Of a stretch of 64,000 nucleotides of DNA, positions 50,945 through 62,900 are shown piece by piece. Under the pieces are notes generated by a model. It worked only from the letters and a program-made list of their open reading frames with translations. It did not search any database and had not been told where the DNA came from. The first letter of the stretch is position 1; every line of letters starts with the position of its first letter. Both the position numbers and the translations under genes were made by a program. Origin of the DNA: Octopus vulgaris (lineage: Eukaryota); the NCBI GenBank assembly GCA_951406725.2, contig OX597821.1, positions 57,226,001-57,290,000 of the forward strand, written 5' to 3'.

Positions 50945-53900
50945 CAACACCCAAACCATTAAGCCATACACCTTCACATACATATGCATATATATATATT
51001 TAATATCATCTGAGGAATAACCTTATAATGTGCAGTGCAAAGCTTCTCTACAGGTATAGGCTACCATATGCTATCATGGCAGGAATGCTCCTTTTCCTGG
51101 ATATACATGTGAAAATTCATTAGGTTTCGTAGAATTCATACAAAAACATTTATAATGCAAGAAGGTGGAATGTATTGGCTTTAATAAAAATGTGTGTGTG
51201 TGTGTGTTTTGGGGTAGTGACCACAGTCCAGTGACTGTCACAAGTAAATGTCTCATGAGTACACATTAATTACCCATGCATATTGATACATATGCAAAGA
51301 CAAGCAAGCAAAAATGTGCTCTCACACACACACACAGCATATCTATTTTTATATAATGTACACTCCTGTATAAGGCACATCACTATTTTGGGCCAATGGA
51401 ATGCAAGAACACATCATATATATCATATACACTCACTTGTTTTGGGAGTAAAAAATCTTTGGATGAAAGCAGTACAATTGAAAATGGAATCAGAGATCAG
51501 AGGAAATGTGGAAATATAACTTGGCTTTGCTGGATTACTAAAAGGAATAAATAGATGCTTCAAAATATGTGTGTTTATATAAGTTATGTAAGTTATATAT
51601 TTCAAACATACCTCATGTATACATATACCAATATAATTTCAGTGGAATTAAGACACAAAAACATTTATTCTGTGAAGCATATCATTATGTTTTTTCTTTT
51701 TTAATTTTTCATACACATAAACATACAAAATAAAATTATTTTCCACTTGTTTTAATTACACAACATAAATATATAAAAAAAATTTCGACACATTTTCAAC
51801 TTTTTCTCAATATTTTTCCAGTATATACACACACACACACACACATGAGTCTCTCTATGTCATGTGTTTGGTTTTTCATCTTTCCTTTAATCTATACATG
51901 CTCATGTATATATATAGCTTATCTCTAAATCTATGCATTTACGTAATGTTCCTTCTATATTCCCAGCTATTTTCAATCCCACTTTCACTACGTACAAAAC
52001 CTACTCCATTTCATCTCCATTTAGCTTTCAGCATAAAACAGAAATAAATCTCTAAAGCAGGAAAGTTTCTAAAAATAGCTCAATGTTTTTGGGCTTCATT
52101 TTGAATTCAATTAAGGTTTTGACTGATTCATTTATTCTCTCTCTTTTTTTTTTCTTTTGTTTAGTTTTTTGATGAATTTACTGTATTTATCTGTCTGATT
52201 CTTTGTATTTATCATTCTGTTTCTTTTATTTAATTACTTCAGAGACAAGTTGAAGTAGGTCAAATGTTAGAGGGCTACCTAAGTGTTTTGCTGTCATATG
52301 GCAGTGAAGTCACCAACAATGACAGTGGAGGGCTTCTTCTTATGATAAACATTTTAGGTTTGTTGTTTCATTTCATTTATCTTTCTCTACCATTTCTCAT
52401 TTGTATTGTCACTGAAATAAATAAAATGACAATGAAGTTTATAACTGTAAGAAAAAAATGTTTAATGGTCAGGTGAAGGAAAAGGGAAAGCATTAGTTTT
52501 TTTAGTCAGATGAAAGAGGCATTTTCTATGTAGTTGAAACATTTAATCACATCTGTATTAGAGTAGTTTACTTTATCTTTCCTTCGTTATCATCATCATC
52601 ATTATCATTAGTGTTTAATGTCCATTACTCATTCTGGCATGGGTTGGATGGTTTGTTCAGATTCTGTGAGCCATAGGGCCATGTTGAGCTCCAATGCCAA
52701 CTTTGGCATGATTTCTATGACTGATTGCCCCTCCTAACACCAAGCATTTTACAAAGTGTGCTGAGCACCTATTCATGCCACCAGCACTAGTGAGGTTGCC
52801 AAGTGGCTTGCAAGACCAAAAAAGAATAGTAAAAATTTGTTGCTAATTAGACAAGCCTGAGGAAATATAGTAAGCTGCTATATATAGATGGATATAAGGT
52901 GCAATGTTTCTGAAATGTGCACATGGCTAGAAGTTAAAATTTTATTAGAGTACAGAGATCTCTCGAATATCGCGTGAGTTACATTGCAAACAACCCCCAT
53001 GATAAGTGAAAGTCTCCAAAGGAGAAACAGTACTGTATATGTTTGTTTTGTTTTTGTTTGTTTTGTTATAAATGCAAAACAACACCATAAAGGAATCGAC
53101 ATAAGCTTAAATAATAAACTGCAATATGGCGAGGGATTACGGTAAATTGCTGCCTATCCCTTAATAAGGTACATAACTCTGCTTGACAAAAGCAAGTTGA
53201 GATCTAAGTAGTAAGGTCTCTAACTTTAAAATTCCATCCATTCTCATCTCCCACTCCTCGTGAGAGAGTCATGAAGGTGCTGCCCTCAGGCATCTCTTCC
53301 ATAAGGTTGTGTCAGAAGCAACTGATCTTACACTTTCCTGCAGAATTCCCAAACATGACCAAACTGAGACTTTGAATATTAACCAATGCTCTTGTCCACC
53401 CTTAGGTCTGCAGCTGGTTAGCTCAGCTTGTAGAATCTTATTTACGATTCTTTTTTGCTACATTCTAGTTGCATGTTTGTAGAGTTGTAGCAAAACCAAT
53501 CCACCCATTTCAGTACAGAAAAGTGCAGATAAAACAACAAAAGAAAACTATATGGAGAGGGTGGAGATATTGTAAATATCTAACACCACAACAAAGACCT
53601 TGTCAACCTTGGCGAAATTTGAACTCAAAACGTAAAGACAAACAAAATGCCATGAAGCACTTTGCCTGGTGTGCTAATGGTTCTGCCAGCTTGCTACCTT
53701 AGCATATAAATACTAGGTTAAAAAACCTCTTTGAACAGAGAAAGTTGAAGACTGTCCATGATGTTTCCTTTCAGTGTTATGAAAATAATAAATCAATCAA
53801 AGAGTAATTATCAAGAAAAAAAATGCATATCTTTTTACATCACATTAATTTAATGAGCAAACCAATTAAACTTACGAATAACTGTGTGGAAACTATTGCC

Positions 53901-56892
53901 TGTAATGTCAGCAATTATGAACTCTTGAGATGTAACAAGATATAACTTAATTAAAATTATGATTGTTTATAGAGTAATTGTTGTATATATTTATGTGTGT
54001 AAGTGACAGAATGTTTGTGTGTGTATTGAAGAAACTTGTTACTGCTTCTGTTTCAGAAACAATTAATGAGATGCTGTTGTGCCGAGATCGAAAAGCATTG
54101 CAAGTAATCTTAGTTGCCTGTGGAACCATTGATGCATTCATAAAACTCCTTCACGAGACTTTGGTAAATATGGCTTTATCACTTCTTCTTTCCCATGCCA
54201 TGCATTTCCTCCTATTAGACTTTACTGTTCATTTTATCTATTGCTTCTTCCTCTTCCTTCTCTTTATAACCTTCACTCAATTTCTTTCCTTCCTTTCTTG
54301 AAAATTTCCATCTTTCTCATCTTCTGTTTTATTTAATACTCACACACATACACACACACAACTCTTGTATTCTTATCCATCCTTCATTGCATCTTCATAA
54401 TTTCTTTTCCTTTCTCTCCAACAGTATATCAGTAATTATGCATATCTCCATCAGTATATATCAGTATATTGGCCTCACTTTCCAACTGTATTTCCCAATG
54501 TGATGTTGAGTTTGTGGTAGTTCTCACCTCTACAATTTTTGCTTTTACCCTTTACAGCTTACTGGTGCTAAAGCTCAAAAACTGGCTGTGGAAATCCTTG
54601 ATGTCATCAATATGATTCTGTTGGGTTCGCCAAGTGCCAAGGTTTGTTTCAAATTGCTTTATACACTTAAAACTTTTGACATTTTTAAACTGTTAAATGC
54701 ATGTATGCACACACACACACTCTCTTTCTCTTTCACACACACATACACACTTGTCACTCATGCATACGTTCGCCTTCAGCACGTGGCATAAAACCATCTC
54801 CCCTTCTCTCAGATATGCTTTCACTCAGTCAAGGGGTTTTCTTTTTTTTTTTTTTGTTAGGCCATGGATTGGCTCCTGTGTCGGTGGCACGTAAAAAAGC
54901 ACCGTTCAAGTGTGATCATTGCCAGCGTCGCCTATTCGAGTGTGGTCGTTGCCAGTTTTACTAGACTGGCTCCCATCATCATCATCATCATCATCATCAT
55001 TTAACGTTCGCTTTCCATGCTAGCATGGGTTGGACAGTTCAACTGGGGTCTGGGAAGCCCGAAGGCTGCACCAGGCCAGTCAGATCTGGCAATGTTTCTA
55101 CAGCTGGATGCCCTTCCTATCGCCAACCACTCCGTGAGTGTAGTGGGTGCTTTTTATGTGCCACCAACACAGGTGCCAGACGAGGCTGGCGAACGGCCAC
55201 GCTCGGATGGTGTTTTTTACGTAATTGTAAAGAATACTTTTAACAAAAAAAATAATAAATAAATGATAGCGTTATCAAGAAAAAAAAACATATCTTTTTA
55301 CATCACATTAATTTAATGAGCAAACCTATTAAACTTACGAATAATTGTGTGGAAAATATTGCCTGTAATGTCAGCAGTTATGATCTCCTGAGATGTAACA
55401 AGATATAACTTAATTAAAATTATGATTGTTTATAGGTGCAGGAGTGGCTGTGTGGTAAGTAGCTTGTTTACCAACCACATGGTTCTGGGTTCATTCCCAC
55501 TGCATGGCACCTTGGGCAAGTGTCTTCTACTATAGCCTCGGGCCGACCAAAGCCTTGTGAGTGGATTTGGTAGACGGAAACTGAAAGAAGCCTGCCATAT
55601 ATATGTGTGTGTGTGAGTTTGTATCTCTGTGTTTGTCCACCCAACATCGCATGACAGCCGATGCTGGTGTGTTTATGTCCCCGTCACTTAGCAGTTCGGC
55701 AAAGAGACCGATAGAATAAGTACTGGCCTAAAAAGAATAAGTCCTGGGGTCGAGTTGCTCGATTAAAGGCAGTGCTCCAGCATGGCCGCAGTCAAAATGA
55801 CTGAAACAAGTAAAAGTGTAAAAAGAGTATTGTAGTTGCGGATGGGCCCTCTTAGTTTCCCAGCAACAAATATTTTTAGACTCGGTCTGCCACTGGTGTT
55901 AGCAGTACTATCCATGTAAGCATTCTTCTCTCATGCTGTATCTTTTGGTGAAATGATGGTTGAATTTCTCCTATGACAACATGTAATGGTGTCAGCTTTA
56001 AGAACACTAGGATTCACTTAAGTTTGTGGCACTTGGCATTAGCGAAAATGTTAACACTATAGGAGTTACTAAGTTTCTTCTTATAGATTATGGTCCAAGT
56101 GAATCTGAAATTTTGATTTAGCCTGTTCAGTGTCTATTTTTATTAGTGGTTTATTGTAAATCCTCTCTGACAACAGCTAATGGTAGTATTTGCCGACACA
56201 AAATGATATTAATAATTGTGTTTGTTGGTGTGTCCCCCCTGTTTTGACATCATCTGATGGTTGAAAACAAATGTACTGTTTGTTTCCAGTCTTTCATGAA
56301 AAGTTTCTGATCACTGGAAAGATTACCTTGACTGGATGGAAACATGCAATGGCTGGTGACAGGAAGGGCATCAGACCATAGAAAATCTGGCTCTGTAAAT
56401 TCTGCCTGGCCCATGCAAGCATGGTAAAATGGACATTAAATGGTGATGATGATGGTGATGAAATTGAAAAGTAAAAAAAAAAAAATCATCACTTCAAATT
56501 GTCTCTGTTCATTGTCACTGACTTTCTAACAGTTATCACTGACTACTTTCACTCTGTAATAACATAGCCCTGAGCAAACCAATTAGGGAGGTTTCATTTT
56601 GTTATTGTAGCTGCTCAGTGTGGTTGCCATGCCTGAGTTGCAATTTCACCATATTCTACTCCAGTAACTTTTACACTCAATTTTTTTATTTTTTATTGTT
56701 GGGTAAAACACTAATACCATATTTAGAAGGCTTCATAAGCTCCATCCTTCTCATTGTTTTACATCTATTTTACCCCATGCTTGGGAGAAAATTCCATCTG
56801 AAGTAGATTTTCATGGAACATGGGGTAACAAGCGATGCTGCTTCTATGATGGTGATACATGTTTACAATTATCACATCTTGTTAAGACAAGG

Positions 56893-56928
<36 letters not shown>

Positions 56929-59900
56929 CAGGCTTCTTTCAGTGTCTGTCTACCAAATCCATTCACAAGGCTTTGGTCATCCTGGAGCTATAGGACAAGA
57001 CACTTGCCCAAGGTACCATACGATGGGATTGAACCTAAAGCCACATGGTTTGGGAGCAAGCTTCTCAACCACACTGCCACACCTACACTCTGTTAGCAAT
57101 TGTTATTATTTCTATTTAATTTCTACAGCAGAATTGATCTCTCTTCTATGTGACCTACATATTTATATTGTTTCTGTTTTCCACTTCTCATTCTTGATGT
57201 GTTATTGTCTGGCAAGATACGTACCAAACAGTACAAATCTTGTTTACCTAAATTATACAGTCTTGTTTATACATTTTTTCCCCTAATTCTTATTTTTATC
57301 ATCACAGTTCACACATATTAATGTGGAGATTGTTTCACCTTTTTTTGTCCTCAGTCCCCAAAATTTGAATATCTTGGTTTGTTACAATGTATATTACAGA
57401 GATATACTCGCATAACCAGTGACCTGATCTGATATCGTGTGCTGCAACAAAAACAATTGCAGCACGGAAGGTATTTATAAGCCATTTAAAAACACACAAA
57501 AACCCATTAGATTCATTTCAACATTTAAATTTAATTTTTCAAAATATTTTCATTGCTTTGAAACCACGACCTGTTCATTGACAAAATTCCGTGATGCAGC
57601 ACAGAGTTTTGGCAGTGAACAAGTCGCGGTCTCAAAGCGACGAAAATATTTTGACAAATTAAATTTAAAGTTGAAGTGAATCTAACGTTTTCTGTGTGTT
57701 TACAAATGGTTTATAAACACCTTCTACAATGTATATGTTTTTTGAAAATAATTTCTTTTGAAAAAAAACATGTTTATTGTTCCTTCATGAAGTTTACAAG
57801 CTTTTATTTCCCTCTCTGTGTGGACAGGTTTGTGAGAAATCTCAGAGCCTGTTTATTTTATTGTTTAAGTTATGAACATTTATTGACTCTAGCCATCTTA
57901 CAGTATTGACTAAATTTCCTGTGAACAAGACATACATTCTTTTCCTGTATCTTTATGTAAGATTGAGTTACTCAATACAAACTGATGAGGTCTTAGTTTA
58001 CTGTTGTCACATATTCAATGGTTGCTTAAGAAGGCTTCTCTGAGCGTCTGAGAAGTGTATGAAACCAAGAGATTCAAATGACATTTTCCATCAAACTTAA
58101 CCCATTAGCACCCATGGTCCTTTTTTTTTTAGGCCCAAAAGGATAATCCATCATATTTCTGCAACATCTGTATTTTTCTGAGATATCTTTAGTTAGTCAA
58201 CAAGACTGGTATGTTTTTCAAATATTGTAATAATTTTTCTTATATATTCAGAATCAGATAAAGTTGTATAAAAAACATTTTTGCTAATAAATCAGATAAA
58301 AAAAATCGGGGCATTAAAGGGTTAACCCTTTGAGTCCTGACCTCATTGATATTATTTGATCCCGTGCTTGAGCTCCTGAGCCATTTGTGCCTGGTTCTGA
58401 CAGGGATTAGAAGCAAGGCTGTCATAACATATATATGATACAATTTCTATGCTCCAGGCTCATTTTCATGCTCTAGAGCTTGTTTTACTGTGAGATTTTT
58501 TCCTTATTTTTATAAGAATGTGCTGCCAAAACAATTGGACTGGGCACAGACATGTTGTCTTACTTTCAGATGTAACAAACATTCTGATTGGTCAATCAGA
58601 ACAGGATCACATATAACCAAACCTATGCTGCACTCAGTGATCCCCGTATTGCTTAAGTGCTCCTAGCATTGCCACTGCTGTACCAGTGTTATGGACTCTA
58701 AGGGTTGAGCATTATCTTAATATCAGTTCTTATTCTAGTTGTCTTTTCTATCTATCTATCTTCGTAGGATCATTATGCCATTAATACACAAGTTCTGTTC
58801 CACTTCTTTTATTATTATCATAAGTTGATTGGTTAACTAATTAATGAATTATTGGATCAGTTAAAACTAACTTGGATCAGAAAGAGCATGTCACTGGTGA
58901 AGTCATGAATTACAACAAAAGGACTTGGACAAAACCTATCTGATTGATTGACCAAATGAATAATCAAACAATCTGTATGTTAAATGGTTAAATGGCTAAC
59001 TGACAAATAACAAAAAAAAGATGAAGTGAAACAGAACCTCTGTGTTTGTTATTGGCATAATGACCCTCCCAAAATACAACAAAATTTGTTTCAATATGAG
59101 TACACATCAAGAATCTTACATCCAAAATACAAAGACAAAATATGTCTTTCCTCCTCCTCTTTCATACCACCTTCCCCTTGAATATCTTGAGTTATTTTCT
59201 GTTGTTGTAGTTGAGGTAGAGTTGTGGCTGACAAAATGTCTTCTGGTATATTTGTTCTGACTGTTTTTCTTCAGGAGTTCGAATCCTGCTGAAGTCAGCT
59301 TTGCCTTTCATCTTTTTTGTTGGGGTTAAACCAAATGAAGTACTGGGCCCAATGTAGTCCACTAACTCCCTTTCTGCAGAATGACTGGCCCTGATATTCT
59401 ATTAAAAATAGCTTTTTTTTTTGTTGCCGTCTCCTCTCCCCTTCTACCTCCTCTTCCTCCTCCTCTGCTTCCTTTCCTCTCTCTCTGCTTTCTCTTCCTC
59501 TTCTGCCTCTTCCTCCTCCTTTGCCTCCTCCTCTTCCCCCCCGATTCTGCTCCCCCCTCTCCAATATTGTTAATGTTACTATTGTCAATACTGTTGTTGT
59601 TGCTGTTGTTAGAGTTGTGAATAGCTGAATTGGTACAGCATCAGACAAAATACCTTGTAGTACCTACTTACATCATTTTTAGATGTTCAAATACTACCAG
59701 GAGCCACTTTGCTGACTTTTATCCTTTCAGGGATTCATAAAATAAGTGTTAGTAAAAGACCCAGAGTCTTATTGTGTGTATATCATCCCAAACTTTCTTT
59801 CCTTTGCGTCTGGGTTCAGCACCATCATCACTTAGGCTACAAAAATGCAAAGGTCTAGTAAATATGAGCTATGTCTTTCTGGTTCTTGGCTTGTAAGCCT

Positions 59901-62900
59901 CCATTCTCCTGTAGCTATTGTCTTTTGACCTCAAGATTCTTACTTCATAGGGAATTCGATGATTGGGTGTGGTTGTTTGGTTATTGAAGATTTCGCATGG
60001 ATGACTGGACATTCAGCATATGTTGGTGACAGTATGTTTTGGCACTGGAAGCAAACACACATGCACACACACACTCTAACACATAGAAATATGCATATGC
60101 AGATAGTGAGAGTGGGGAGAGAAACATTATGCATACATGCACTGAAACGTTCCTGGCTTTAAGGATATCATGGAAGGCCTGGTTGGAGGTACAACTTTCC
60201 AAGTTTTTTTTACAGAGCATAGAAAAACTGAAGAACTGCTGCCATAATTGTGTGAATGTGAGAGGAGAATATGTTGAATAAAATCGTAATTAACTTATCC
60301 TGCTGTATTTTTTTTTACTCAAAGCCAGGAATTGTTCAACACTCCCTCATACATGCTTATATGTGTAACTAGATGTTCAAACACATAAACAAAAAGTAAA
60401 AGAGAGAAAGAGAGAGAGAGAAATTTGAAGACGAGGAAAACTTTTATTATTATTATTCTTGGCAAAGTGACTCTCCAAAGACAAGATTTCTTTTGACACT
60501 CAACTTCACATCAAGAATTTTGCAAACAAAATAAAGAAATGAAGTAAAAAAAAAAAAAACTTTAAAACATCTGATGTGAAATAATTCTATGTCAACTCAG
60601 TGATGTCAGATCAAATGGTGCCAAAACAGCTGTGCCAGAATGTCTTATACATCACTTAAAGCTATGTTTTTCTCCATCATACATGCCACAGTTAATAACT
60701 CATATTATATGTCATCTTTTTTTATGTCCACCCTCCAGGTGAAGTTCCAGTCGAACAATGGCTATACTAAGCTTCTAGAATCTTTAAAATGTCTGGGTCA
60801 ACCGTCAATGGACCTACTTAAATTAATTTTAAACTTGGTAAGTAATGTGTATTTATTTTCTTCAGAGAAAAAAATTTCATGGGACATTAAACTGTGTACA
60901 GTTTGGAATGTTTCCTGAAGGTGCAATAATATCTGTCTTTACTGTTCTACTTAATATAAGGCATTGTGAAACATTATAGTGTTTAAAAAAGTTACTGATA
61001 TGCAAGTTTGTAAATAAAGTATAAACAGAAGCAAAATAAAAACAATGACTTATATAGCTAAATATGTATCTTACTTAATGTATATACACTGTTGATAGGC
61101 CAGTTATTGTGACATTCATCCTGAGATAACATCTCTCACAGATATGTGGTATTAAAAACAATAAATATCAGCCCAAAGAGGTTGAAAATCATCTGGTGCT
61201 TTTGCTGGCCACTGTTTGGGTGATTTTTCACCTCTTTTCAATATTTGCTGCACTTTTTACACATGTTATCTCAGGATAAATAACTGGCCTTTCAATGATG
61301 TATTTATTTATCAAAAGAAGACAGCTATTTTAATTTAATACTGCCTCATTTTTATTTACTGAGTGGGTTGTATTTTTTTTTTTTTGTGTTTCAAAATTGT
61401 AAATTTAAAACTTTCATATCAAGAAAAGGAAAGAAAAGCTAGCTCCATCTGCACAGTTTTAATTAATTAATCAGTTATTTACACCATTAAAAACAATTTA
61501 GTAACCAATCAGTTATTTTTTCAAATGACAACATTGTGTAAAAGAAATTGTGGCATGTGCAAACAGGTTCACATCCTTTAAACAGTATGTTTGTTGGTGA
61601 CAAACATAAAAAAATTGAAACGATGTATCATTGTGACTGCCCAGTGGGACTTGAAACCCTATTTCCATTGTTGATGCCATCTAGCAATATATCCTCTATG
61701 AAGAACCATCTGAGTATGATCCTTGATGGTGGAAAACCGTCCAAGTTAAGGTACCAGATTGGATCAGTTCACTTGTTTCTTGCTCAGATATGAGAGCTGA
61801 ATGTCAGTTAGAAATAACAGCCAACTCTCCCTCAAACCATACTCTAACAGGTGTGGACATGATTGTGTGGTCAAGATGCTTGCTTTCCAACCGTGTGGAT
61901 TTGGGTTCAGTCCCACTGAGTGATATTTAGGACAAGTATCTTCTACTGTTGTGAGGGAATTTGAGTTATAGTAGATTGGATTTGGTAGATGGCAACTCAA
62001 AGAAACACTATGTGTGTGCATGTATGTATTATCATCATCATCATTTAACATTCATTGTCCATGCTGGCATGGGCTGAGCAGTTTCACCTGGGCTGGTGTG
62101 CTGCAAGGCTGCACCAGATTCCAGTCTGATTTGGCATGGTTTTCTGTGACTGAATGCCATTCCTAATGCCAACCACTCCAAGAGTGTAATGTGTGCTTTT
62201 ATGTGCCATTTGCATGACACCAGGGTGCGTTTATGTGCCACTGGCATGGGTGCGAATTTGTGTGACACCATTGTCTGTCACAACTGCAATTTTGTACGGC
62301 TTGATGGGTCCTCTTCTCACACATGGCATAATGCCAAAGGCCTTGGACATTGCCTCTATATACATATATATATATAAAACTGTGTGTGTATGTGTTTGTA
62401 TCTTTGTGTGTGGATTTTTACCCCCGACACACACACACACACCACTCCACAACTGGTGTTGGTGTGTTTACATCCCCCATAACTTAGCAGTTCAGAATAA
62501 AAAACTGATAGAATAAGTACCAGGCTTTTAAAAAAAAATTCCTGGGGTTGATTTATTCAACTAAAATTTCTTCAAGGTGATGCCCCAGCATGGCCACAGT
62601 CCAGTGACTAAAACACTTAAAGGATGAAAGAGATACTTTCTTGTTCAATCTTAAATAATTACATTTAAAATCAATAATTATCTTGTTTGTGCCACTAAAG
62701 AATGCAATAAATTTTAAAATCAATATTTGTTTTATCGATATTCTTGATAGGTTGTTGAAGATGTGTTTGATGACCACAAATTGCAAAACATTCGGAATGT
62801 GCCGGCTGCCAAACTCCTTCTTCACTGGTTACCTGATATCCAGTCTGCTGATCTTCAAGTGTGGTTGTCCAAAAAGCTGCAGTTGTTATGTTGCCATGGT

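Larger units (their letters stand above)
53808..55435 (+). repeat. Direct duplication of ~165 bp of intron sequence (53808-53972 and 55272-55435)
   Basis: ttatcaag…catatctttttacatcacattaatttaatgagcaaacc…aattatgattgtttatag in both copies, about 8 differences. Confidence 0.92.

Noticed and set aside
55835-55940. pogo/Tigger DDE fragment (ANTSGRPSLKIFVAGK) on the - strand
   Set aside because: Too short to support without a search.
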